Shown here: piece after piece, positions 50,830-64,000 of the stretch | How positions within the stretch are numbered: the first letter of the stretch is position 1 | Layout: each line of letters starts with the position of its first letter | Source of the DNA: the human T2T-CHM13v2.0 reference genome, Homo sapiens | Strand: one strand, 5' to 3' | Assembly: GCF_009914755.1 (NCBI RefSeq) | Contig: NC_060927.1 | Length of the DNA: 64,000 nucleotides | Notes under the pieces: model-generated | The model's database searches: none | The model's input: the letters and a program-made list of their open reading frames with translations, nothing else | What the model was told of the DNA's origin: nothing | Translations under genes and position numbers: made by a program

Positions 50830-51079
50830 AACAAATATAACTTCTTAATATTTTCAGCCATCTGTTTTTTTTGCTTATATGCATGTTATAATTTATGATT
50901 TTGCAGGTACTCATGAATTAGTATAGTATTCAAAGCAATTATATATATATGATAGTTAAGGAACATTTTGTAATATTCATATGACACTTAAATCTATGTA
51001 TATGTAGGTCTAGTTCTAACATGTAGCATAATACCAATATAATTTTGTGCAATAACAATTTAATTTCTCTTATGCTACT

Positions 51080-51658
51080 TTGTTACTAAACTTGAACATA
51101 TATGCAGACACTTTTGGTATACTTTCTAATCTTAAGTATTATTTTTATAGATTTCAGTTGCTGTCCCCAACTGAAACTTCAGCCTAGTGAAGTTTCTCCA
51201 AATTTAGATTAATAAAAAACTTTAAAAACTACATGACTCAAGAAAAGTTGTCTAATTTGGCATTAATAATAATGGAACAAAAATTATGTAAAAACCTTAA
51301 TTATAACAACATAATGAAGCAATAAAAATATTTTATTGATTAGAAATACAATATTTAGGAGTCTATGTATCTTTATTCTATTATTCAAATACTACAAACT
51401 CTTCAGCAGGACACCTAGTCATGTGTAATAATAATTATATTCAATCTTTAGTATTTTGCCTACTTCCAATTATATAGTGTAATTTTCCAGTTTTTAAAAA
51501 ATTTTGTCATTATGAAGATACATCTGTCAAGGAGGGAAGAAAGAGCATATTTAAGAGTTTGCTAGCTTGATTTTTATAACTTTAAAATATTTAAACCTGT
51601 GGTATGTAGGTCTTCATTTGTACTCTTGCCCTTGGGCCTGCAAATGTTACGGATAGTC
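51080..51658 (+). mobile_element. hAT-Tip100 (Zaphod-like) DNA transposon 3' end with a transposase C-terminal remnant
   Basis: Translates as SFSKFRLIKN..MTQEKLSNLALI (hAT dimerisation motif). Terminal CATTTGTACTCTTGCCCTTGGGCCTGCAAATGTTA. Confidence 0.72.
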
Positions 51659-51684
51659 TATTACTTTTGTTACATAGTGTTTTC

Positions 51685-53320
51685 CAGACATACTAGCCAA
51701 TGAAATTAGACAAGAAACAGAAATAAAAAATATATAAGCATTTATAAGGTATCATTAATTGAGACAATCTGTTCTACATAGCAGTATCAAAAGAATCAAT
51801 AAATATGAGTATGGTAATATTATTGGATATACAATTAATATCTAACAATCAGTTTCAATTAATAGGAAAAAAATACAAAAAAAGATAACACTCATAATAC
51901 AAAAAAAAAGAAAAAAAGCTATAAAATACCCTGGAATAAACTGAACAAAAAATGTGACTTTTATGGAGAAAATTAAAATTTTCTGAAAGACTAAAAACAA
52001 AATGCAAATAAATATCAAAGTAAACCACATTCCTGGATGTGAAGACTCAACACTGTAAAAATGTAATTTCAGTCAAAATCTCGGGAGGAAGCTTTGGATA
52101 ATTTAACAAATTGATTTTCATATTTGTGTATAGTAGTGAAGATGGCCATATAGCTAATACAGTTTTGAAGAAGATCAAATTGAGTGGACTTATCCTTTTG
52201 CATACTAACATTATAAATCTATAGTAATTATCATGATGCTATATTGGAACAATACAATGGAAAAGAATAAAGAGTATAGTAACAGATCTATTCACACATA
52301 GGTACTTAGTATAGGATTGAGATAAAATCATAAATCAATGTGTAAGTGTTCAAAAATAAATTCCAGATGGATTGAAAACCAAAAATGTGGTAAGTAAAAT
52401 TATACACTATTAAAAGAAAAAGTAGTAAAACTGAAAATCAATTACTTGAGCATCAATTGGAAGGAAATAAATTAAAACTAAAGAAAGTGGTAGGAAAGAA
52501 AATTAAACCAAAATTAAGGAAATACAAAACAAACACAACAGAGAAAGTTAACAAAGCCCAAAAGTGGTCTTTTGAAAAGATTAATTGATAAATTCTTACT
52601 AAAACTGATTAAGAAAAGAAAGAAGGCACAAATAACTGATACCAGAAACAAAAGGGGGACATCACTATAACATCTACAGGATTACTAACACTGACACCAG
52701 AAGAAACCAAAGTCTGAAGATTCCTGTATCTGTTAAAGAAATTGAATCCACAAAGCAACCTCCATGCCCAGATGGCTTCACTTGGGAATCCTTTCAGATG
52801 TTAAGATAGAAACAATGAAAGTCTTATGTTAACTTTTCCCAGAAAACAGAAAAAGAACATTTACTATATTCATTTTCTATGTCTGCTTTAACAAATTGCC
52901 ACAAACTGGATGACTTAAAACAACAGTTCTGGAGATCAGAGTCTGAATTCAAAGTGTGAGCATGGTTATGCCCCCTCTGAAGGCTCTAGGGGAGAATCCA
53001 TTCTTTTTTTGGCTGTGTCACTCATCAGTCTGGGCCTCTGTGGTCACATTGCCTCCTTCTCTTCTCAAGATCCCTAACTTAATTACGTTTGCACAACCCT
53101 TTTTCCAAGTAAGGTAATATTCACAGGTTCTGTTGATTAGGTCACAAATACATCTTTTTTTGGTGGTAGTGGGGCACACATCATTCAACCTACTACATTT
53201 TCTAATTCATTTTATGAGACTAGGATAATTCTGGTATCAAAACCTACCAGGACATTATAAGAAAGGAAATATACAGACCAGACTTTCTTGTGAACATAAT
53301 GCAGAAATCCTGAAGAATAT
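51685..53320 (+). mobile_element. Degraded L1M ORF2 fragments (at least two pieces)
   Basis: CTAGCCAATGAAATTAGACAAGAAA, TTTGAAAAGATTAATTGATAAA, CCCAGATGGCTTCAC. Confidence 0.72.
52865..53197 (-). mobile_element. MLT1B/C-type MaLR solo LTR
   Basis: AACAAATTGCCACAAACTGGATGACTTAAAACAACAG, CTCTGAAGGCTCTAGGGGAGAATCC, ATTCAACCTACTACA. Confidence 0.88.
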
Positions 53321-53658
53321 ACAGTAACATCAGTTAACTAGAACTGATAGACATTTATAGAATGCTTTATCCAACAACAACAAAATACACATTCCTCTTA
53401 AGGTTATATGGAACATTCACCAAGATAGACCACATTCTAAGTCATAAAACACTCAACTCATTTAAAAGAATAGCATACAAAATGTTCCTACAGACCACAA
53501 TGAGTTAAACTAGAAATCAATAACAGAAAGCCAAAAATTCCCAAAATATTTGGAGATTAAACAACACATTTCTAAATAATACATGGGTCAAAGAAAAGGT
53601 CTTAAAAGCAAAAATATTTTTAAATGAGAATGAAAATACAACTTACCAAACTTTGTAG

Positions 53659-54043
<385 letters not shown>

Positions 54044-54126
54044 TCAAGAATCTAAGCCTCCATTTTAGGAAATTAGAGGAAACAGGGCAATAGAAGTCTA
54101 AAGCAAGCTAAAGAAATGAAATAATG

Positions 54127-54392
54127 GGCTGAGGCAGGAGGATTGTGTGAGATCGTGAGTTCAAGACCAAGCAAACATAGTGAGACCCCATCTCTATCAA
54201 GAAAAAAAAAAATTAGCTGGGGATGGTGGCATGTGCCTGTAGTCCTAACTACTCAGGAGGATCCCTTGAGCCCAGGATTTCAAGGTTACAGTGAGCTATG
54301 ATCACCCCACTGTACTCCATCCTGGGTGACATAGCGAGACCCCGTCTCTAAAAATAAATAAATAAGTAAATAAATAAGCTTTAAAAAATAAA
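54127..54392 (+). mobile_element. Truncated AluJ-type element
   Basis: Diverged, internally deleted dimer with (TAAA)n tail. Confidence 0.85.
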
Positions 54393-54619
54393 AAGGAGTA
54401 GAAATTAAGGAAATTAATAACAATGGAGAAAATAAGTGAAACCAAAAGCCAGTTCTTTGAAATGTTCAGTAAAATTGCTAATCCTTTAGTCAGACTAACC
54501 AAGATAAAAGAAGAACTGAAGTACCAAGATCAGAAATGAAAGGGATTGTTGTTGCTGGTCACATGGGCATTAGAAGGATAATAAAGGAATATTATCAACA
54601 ACTCTGTGTTCAGATTTAA

Positions 54620-57563
54620 AAAAAAATTTTGTGGATACACAGTAAGCATATATATTTATGGGGTATATGAGATACTTTGATACAGGCATGCAGTGTATAA
54701 TAATCATATCAGGGTAAATGGGGATATCCGTCCCTTCAAGCATTTATCCTTTGTGTTACAAACCAATTATACTCTTGTATGTTTAAGTGTAGAATTTATT
54801 ATTGACTATAGTCACTCTGTTGTGCTATCAAATACTAGGTCTTATTCGTTCTTTCTAACTACTTTTCTTACCCATTAACCATCCCTATGTCCCCTCCACA
54901 TCCTCCTGCCCTCACCCTTCCCAGCCTCTAGTAACCATTCTTCTACTCTCTACCCCCATGAGTTCAATTGTTTTAATTTTCAGCCTCCACAAAGAAGTGA
55001 GAACATGTGAAGTTTGTCTGTCTGTGCCTGGCTTATTTCACTTGACATAATGACCCCCAGTTCCATTCATGTTGTTGTAAATGATAGGATCTCATTCTTT
55101 GTATGGCTGAATGTATATATGTTGGATGTTGGATGGATATATGTTGGATATGTATGGATGAATGTATCCATTGTACATATGTCCCACATTTTCTTAATCC
55201 ATTCGTCTGCTGATGGACACTTAAGTTGCTTCCAAATCTTGGCTATTGTGAACAGTGCCACAACAAACATGGGAGTGCAGATATCTCTTCGATATACTGA
55301 TTTACTTTCTTTTGGGTATATACCCAGCAGTGGAATTGCTGGATCATATGGGAGCTCTGTTTTTAGTTTTTTTGAGGAACCTCCAAACTGTTCTTCATAA
55401 CAGTTGTATTAATTTACTTTCCCACCAACAGTGTGTGAGGGTTCCCTTTTCTCCACATCCTTGCCAGCATTTGTTATTGTCTGACTTTTGGATATAAGTC
55501 ATTTTAACTGGGGTGAAATGATATCTCGTTGTATTTTGATTTGCATTTCTCTGATGAACAGTGATGTTGAGCACCGTTTCATATACCTGTTTGCCATTTG
55601 TGTCTTCTTTTGAGAAATGCCTATTCAGATCTTTGGCCCATTTTTAAATTGGATTGTTAGATTTTTTTTTCCTATAGGGTTGTTTGAGCTCCTTATATAT
55701 TCTGGTTATTAATCCTTTGTCAGATGTGTAGTTTGCAAATATTTTTTCCCATCCTGTGGGTTTTCTCTTCACTTTGTTGATTGTATCCTTTGCTGTGCAG
55801 AAGCTTTTTAACTTGATGTGATCCCATTTGTCCATTTTTGCTTTAGTTGCCTGTGCTTGTGGGGTATTACTCAAGAAATGTTTGCCCAAAACAATGTCCT
55901 GGAGCATTTCCCCCAATGCTTTCATGTAATATTTTCATAGTTAAAGGTCTTAGATTTAAGTCTTTAATCCATTTTAATTTGATTTTTGTATATGGTGAGA
56001 GATAGGGGTCTAGTTTCATTCTTCTGCATATGGATATCCAGTTTTCCCAACACCATTTATTGAAGAGACTGTCTTTTCTCCAGGATATGTTCTTGGGAAC
56101 TTTGAGTTTATTATAGGTATATGGATTTGTTTCTGGCTTCTCTATTGTTCCATATGTGTCTGTTTCTATGGCAGTACCATGCTGTTTTGATTACTATAGC
56201 TCTGTAGTATAATTTGAAGTCAGGTAATGTGATTCCTCCAGTTTTGTTCTTTTTGCTCAGGATAGCTTTGGCTATATTCTGGGTCTTTTGTGATTCCGTA
56301 TAAATTTTAGGATTATTTTTATTCTATTTTTGTGAAGATTGTCATTCATATTTTGATAGGGATTGCATTAAGTCTGTCATTTGCTTTGGGTAATATGGAC
56401 ATTTTAACAATATTGATTCTTACTTAAACCCAGGAGACAGAAGTTTCAGTGAACTGAGATCGCACCACTGCACTTCAGCCTGGGTGACAACAACAAAACA
56501 AAACAATTGATTCTTCTAACCCATGAACATGGAATATCAATATCTTTCTGTTTTTTTGTGTGTGTTCTTTTTAATTTATTTCATTAGTGTTTTATATTTT
56601 TATTGTAGGGATCTTTCACTTCTTTGCCTGATTCCTTATTTAATGTTATTTAATTTTATTTGTGACTTGTAAATGGGATTACTTTTTAAATTTCTTTTTC
56701 ATATTCTTCACTGTTGACATATAGAAATGCTACTGATTTTTGTATGTTGGCTTTGTATCCTGCAATTTTATTGAATTTGTTTATCAGTGCTAATCATTTT
56801 TTGGTGGAATGTTTAGGTTTTCCCAAATATAAGATCATATCATCATCAAACAAGGATAATGTGACTTCTTCCTTTCCAATTTGGATGCCCTTTATTTCTT
56901 TCCCTTATCTGTTGCTCTAGCTAGGACTTCCAGTACTATGTTGAATAACAGTGGTAAAAGTGGTCATCCTTGATCTTAGAGGAAAGGCTTTCAGTTTTTC
57001 TGCATTCAGTATGATACTAGCTGTGAGTCTGTTCTGTGTGGTTTTTATTATGTTGAGGTATGTTCCTTCTATACCTAGTTTGTTGAGGGGTTTTATCCTG
57101 AAGTTAGGTTGAATTTTATCTGGTGCTTTTTCAGTATCAATTGAATTGATCATATGGTGTTTGTCCTTCATTCTGTTGATATGATGCATCACATTGATTG
57201 ATTTGCATATGTTGAACCATCCTTGCATCCCTGGGATAACTCTCACGTGTTCATGATGAATGATCATTTTAATGTGTTGTTGAATTTGGTTTGTTAGTAT
57301 TTTGTTGAGAATTTTTGCATCAATATTCATCAGAGATGTTGGCCTGTAGTTTTCTATTTTTGGTCTTGTCTGGTTCTGGTATCAGGGTAATACTGGCCTT
57401 GTAGAATGAGTTTGGAAGTATTCCCTCTTCATCTGTTTTTTGAAATAGTTTGAGTGGGATTGGTATTAATTTTTCTTCAAATGTTTGGCAGAATTCAGCA
57501 GTGAAGCCATGAAGTCCTGAGCTTTTCTTTACTTTAGTGACTTTTTATTATGGCTTTGATCTC
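54620..57563 (-). mobile_element. 5'-truncated L1MA-type element (~2.9 kb), antisense inside the older L1
   Basis: 3'UTR TATATTTATGGGGTATATGAGATA, ORF2 peptides ([31 protein letters not shown]), TGTTCA on both flanks. Confidence 0.92.
56421..56505 (+). mobile_element. 5'-truncated Alu (right-arm end)
   Basis: TSD ATTGATTCTT on both sides. Confidence 0.88.
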
Positions 57564-58223
57564 ATGTTCACAAATTTGATAACTTAGATGGAAAGGACTA
57601 ATTCCTTGAAAGACACAAACTACCAAAAACTCACACAAAGAGAAGTAAACTGAATAGGCATATATAATAAAGAAATGTAATTAATAGTTAATAACCTTCC
57701 AAAACAGAAAGCACCAGACCCGGATGGTGGTTTTACTGGTGAATTCTACCAAACATTTAAGAAAGAAATGATACCAGTTCTCTATAATATTGTCCGGGAA
57801 ATGGAAGCAGAAGACTTCCCTAACTCATTCTGGGTGCCCAGTGTTACTATAATACCAAGACCATATAAAAATATTACAAAAAAGGAGAACTCAAGACCAA
57901 CATTTTTCATAAAAATAGATGCAAAAATATTTAACAAAATATTAGTAAGTCAAATCCAGTGATGTATAAAATAATTATATCCCACAATAAAGCAGAATTT
58001 ATTTCAAATATGCAAGGATATTTTAACATTCAAAAGTCAGTGTAATCTATTACATCAACAGACTAAAGAAAAAAATCATGTGGTCACATCAGAAAATGCA
58101 GAAAAAATATTTGGCAAATTGTGGCACCCACTCGTGATAAAAATACTTATCAGACTAGGAATAGAGAGGAACTTCCTGATTTGATAAAGAACATCTACAC
58201 AAGACCTACAGCTAACATCATAA

Positions 58224-58526
<303 letters not shown>

Positions 58527-58774
58527 AACATCATACTTAATGATGAGAAACTAGATGCTTTCTCCCTGAGATTGGGAAAGAAAAAGATGTCCCCTTTCAC
58601 CACTCCTGTTAATCACAGTATTGGAAGTCCTATCTAATGTAATAAGGCAAGAAAAGAAAAGATATACATTGGAAAGAGATAAAATTGGCTTTGTTTGCAG
58701 TTGACACAATTGCCCATGTCATGAAACCCCCAAAGAATTGACAAAAAAAAATAGTAATAATAAACCTCCTCCTG

Positions 58775-59069
58775 GGCCGGGCGTGGTAGCTCACGCCTGT
58801 AATCCCAACACTTTGGGAGGCTGAGGCAGGTGGATCACCTGAGGTCAGGAGTTTGAGACCAGCCTGACCAACATGGTGAAACCCTATCTCTACCAAAAAA
58901 TACAAAAATTAGCCGGGCATGGTGGTGGTAGCTGTAATCCCAGCTACTCAGGAGGCTGAGGCAGGAGAATCGCTTGAACCGGGAGGCAGAGATTGCAATG
59001 AGCCAAGATTGCGCCACTGCACTCCAGCCTGGGTAACAGAGCAAGATTCTGTCTCAAAAAAATAAAATA
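58775..59069 (+). mobile_element. AluSx-type element
   Basis: Perfect TSD AATAAACCTCCTCCTG (58759-58774 and 59070-59085). Confidence 0.96.
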
Positions 59070-59635
59070 AATAAACCTCCTCCTGTAACTAATTAGCAAT
59101 TATAGTAAGGTTACAGGATCTAACATTAATATTACAAAAGTTAATTACTTTCCTATATACCTGTAATGAACTACTGGAATTTGAAATTTAAAATAATACT
59201 GTTTACATTAGCATCAAAAAAATGAAATACCTAAGTATAATTCTGAAGAAAATTTTGTAAGATCTATATGAGGAAAACTACAAAACTCCAGTATTCCAGT
59301 GAAAGAAATCAATGAATATCTTAATAAGTGAAGAGATATTACATATTCATGGATAGGAAGACTCAGTATTGCTAAAATGTTAACTTTTTTCAAGTTGATA
59401 TATAGATTCACCAAAATCCAAATCAAAATTTTACTAAATTACTTTGTGAGCAACAGGAGCAACAAGAACTCTTATTCATTGTTGGTGAGGATTCAAAATG
59501 GTACCGCCAGTTTAGAATACAGCTTGGCAGTTTCTTACAAAGCTAACCATAAATGTATCATTTAGTCAAGCGGTCGTATATTTAAGTCACAAAACTGGTT
59601 TTGTGGATGTTCGTAAAACCTGCTTGGAAAAGCAA

Positions 59636-59772
59636 GCTAGGTGCAGTGGCTTGTGCCTATAATCCCAGCAACACAGGAGGCTGAAGCAAGAGGATCACTT
59701 GAGGCCAGGAGTTTGAGACTGTCCTGGGCAACATAGTGGGACCCCCATCACTTAAAAAAAAAAAAAAAAAAA
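59636..59772 (+). mobile_element. FLAM monomer
   Basis: Left-arm-only Alu with poly-A. Confidence 0.85.
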
Positions 59773-60405
59773 GTTAATATGGAGAAGCCAAAGACTGAGA
59801 AGAACCAGCACAGTACTGAATAAGAAAAAAGTCAGAGGACTGACACTATTGGACTAATTTTAAGACTTAGTATAAAGCTCCAGTAATCGAGACATGTAGC
59901 ATTGGTGAAAGAATAGATTAATGGACCAATGAAACAGAATAGAGAGCCTAAAAGTAGAGCCACATAAATAGTCAACTGATCTTTGACAAAGGAGCAAAAG
60001 CAAGTCAATGGAGAAAGTATACATTTTTTTCGACAAATGGTGTTGGAAAAATTGGACATCTGTATTTAAAAAGATGAAGGTAGACACAGACCTTTCACAA
60101 ATATCAACTCAAAATGGATCATATACCTAAAAGTAAAACACAAAATTTCTAGAAGAAGTGTAGGAGAAAATCTAGGTGACCTTAGATTTGGCAATGAACT
60201 TTTAGATACAACACCAAAAACACTACTCATGAAAGGAAAAGTGAGTAAATTGGACTTTATTAAAATTTAAAACATCTTCTCTGAGAAAGGCACTATTAAG
60301 AGAATGAAAACCACAGACTGAGAGAAAATATTTGCCAAATGTATAATAAAGGACTTGTGTGCAATATATGTAAAGAACTTTTAAAACTCAGCAGTGAGAA
60401 AATCA

Positions 60406-60727
60406 GCTGGGCTCTGTGGCTCACGCCTGTAATCCCAACACTTTGGGAGGCCAAGGTGGGCAGATCACTTAAGGTCAGGAGTTCAAGACTAGCCTGGCCA
60501 AAATGGTAAAAATCCGTCTCTACTAAAAATACAAAAATTAGCTGGGTGTGGTAATGTGTGTCTGTAATCCCAGCTACTGAGGAGGCTGAGGCAGAGAATT
60601 GCTTGAATACGGGAGGCGGTGGTTGCAGTGAGCTGAGATCACACCACTGCACTCCAGCCTGGGCAACACAGTGAGACTCTGTCTCAAAACAAAACAAAAC
60701 AAAACAAAACAAAACAAAACAAAAAAA
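60406..60727 (+). mobile_element. AluSx/Sz-type element with (AAAAC)n tail
   Basis: TSD-like CTCA..AGTGAGAAA. Confidence 0.93.
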
Positions 60728-61402
60728 CCCATCTCAATAGTGAGAAATAACTCAATTTTTTAAATGGGCAAAAAATCTGAACAGATATTTTACCAAAGAA
60801 GATATGCAGATGACAAGCATAAGAAAAGATGCTTAATATGATATGTCACTAGAGAATTGAAAATTAAGACAATGAGATACCACTGTATACCTATTAGAAT
60901 GGGTAAATCTCAAAAATCTAAATACAAAATGGTGGTAAGATGCAGAGCAACAGGAACACTTATTCACTGTTAGTGAGGATTCAAAATGGTACAGCCAGTT
61001 TAGAATACAGCTTGGCAGTTTCTTGCAAAGCTAACCATAAATGTATCATTTAGTCAAGCAGTCACATACCTAAGTATTTATCCAAATGAGTAGAAAATTT
61101 ATATCCACACAAAAACCTACACACAAATGTTTATAGCAGAATTATTCATAATCACCCCAAACTAGAAGCAACTAAGATGTCCTGCAATAGGCGAATGGAT
61201 AAACAAACTGGTATATTCACACAATGAGATATTTTTCAGCAATAAAACACCGTAAGTTATCATGCCATGAATAGACTTGGAGGAGCCATAAATGCATGTT
61301 GCTAAGTAAAAGAAGCCAGTCTGAACGGTTACGTAGTGTTTGATTCCAATCATATGGCATCTGGAAAACACAAAACTATAGCGACATTAGAAAGATCAGT
61401 GG

Positions 61403-61695
61403 GGCTGGGCACAGTGGCTCACGCCTGTAATCCCAGCACTTTGGGAGGCCAAGGCAGGAGAATTGCTTAAGGCCAGGAGTTCAAGACCAACCTGGACAAC
61501 ATAGACCCCATCTCTTCAAAAAATTTTTTTTTCTAATTAGTTGGGCATGGTGGTGTGGCTTTACTTTCCCCTGCTTGGGAGGCTGAGGCGGGATGATCGA
61601 GTGAGCCCAAGAGGTTGAGGCTGCAGTGAGCCATGATCATACCACCATACTCTAGCCTGGGTGACAGTATGAGACCATGTCTGGGAAGAAAAAAA
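61403..61695 (+). mobile_element. AluJ-type element
   Basis: Diverged dimer. Confidence 0.9.
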
Positions 61696-62027
61696 TCGGT
61701 AGTGGCCAAGGGTTCATGAGAAAGAGAGGAGGGATGAATAGGTGAAACATGTTGTTGACAGTAAACTATTCTATGTGATACTGTAATGGCAGCTACATGA
61801 CATGCATTTGGCAAAACCTCTAGAACTAACTATATAATACAGAGTGAACTTTGTTGTAAACTATAGACCTTAGTTAATAATAATGTATCAATTTGGTTCA
61901 TTAATTGTAACAAATGTACCACACTAATACAACATGTTAATGATAGGGGGAACTATGTGTGTCTGTTGGTGGGGGTGTATATAGTAACTCTCTATACTAC
62001 TTGCTCTTATTTTAAATAAAAATTTTA

Positions 62028-62321
62028 GGCTGGGCCCAGTGGTTCACGCCTGTAATCCGAGCACTTTGGGAGGCCGAGGCGGGTGGATCACCTGAGGTCA
62101 GGAGTTCGAGACCAGCCTGACCAATATAGTGAAACCCCGTCTCTACTAAAAATACAAAAATTGGCCGGGTGTGGTGGTGGGCGCCTGTAATCCCAGCTAC
62201 TCAGGAGGCTGAGACAGGAGAATTGCTTGAACCTGGAGGCAGAGGTTGCAGTGAGCCGAGATCACGCCACTACACTCCAGCCTGGGTGACAGAGTGAGAC
62301 TCCATCTGGAAAAAAAAAAAA
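62028..62321 (+). mobile_element. AluSx-type element
   Basis: Full CpG-rich dimer. Confidence 0.95.
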
Positions 62322-62439
62322 TTAAAGGGGAGATAAACAAATGTGAAAGGTGTTAAAATTGTGCATGTGCCAAATGGAAATATTTTACAGTCTGTAACAA
62401 AGGAATTATAAAATAATTGAAAGGCAGGAAAAAAAAACC

Positions 62440-63515
<1,076 letters not shown>

Positions 63516-64000
63516 TGCTTGCCTTGTAAAGCTGAGGCTATCACATTTGAGATAAGGAAGCACTTTCTAGGAAAGAATGTTTTGAAGGAGTCAGAACTCA
63601 GTTTGCCACTCATGTCGCTATCTCCGTTTCTATTGACAGTATCCCAGGCTGTGTAATTCAGGGCATTACTTTTACTCGTCGAAACATGAGTCAGGAATTG
63701 GCTTTGGTGTCAGTGTGGTAGTTTGGAGTATTGCCACGCCTATTTGTGCAAATTCAACTACTTTCAGTTTAAAAGGTTGGGGAGAGATGGGAAATAATGT
63801 AAATACTTTAGGCAATCTATTTTTTCATTCAGTAATCATAAAACTAGGTATGAGATGAGATGAGAAATGTGAATTCCTGTTGCACCTGTTGGTTCCTATG
63901 TGTCTCAGCGTGTGAGCTCTTGCTTCACTTGTGAGTGAAGCATGAGTCCAGTTTGTTCCAAACAACATACTCACTAAACGAAAACTACTTCATTTATTAT

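Overview
Primate (almost certainly human) intronic DNA that is mostly transposable-element debris: about 45 Alu elements or fragments, many nested L1 pieces (L1PA to L1ME age), MIR, L3/CR1, MaLR LTRs, and Tigger, Charlie and Tip100 DNA transposon fossils. The only protein-coding feature I can support is a 62-nt + strand exon (5451-5512) with canonical splice sites encoding VFSNNDEGLINKKLPKELLL(R), the N-terminus and F-box start of FBXL2. The rest is FBXL2 intron, and I did not find the next coding exon in the window. The long ORFs in the track are Alu or L1 read-throughs. I found no convincing new multi-gene system. The best second-look items are two apparent templated or captured DNA insertions inside L1s (964-1578 and 59443-59605), a perfect 19-bp hairpin (39091-39134), a MER91 palindrome resembling the miR-652 hairpin with a CTCF-like core (~7725-7815), and a candidate poison exon downstream of the FBXL2 exon. 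Repeat subfamily names come from recalled consensus motifs, and repeat boundaries are approximate unless a target-site duplication (TSD) is quoted.
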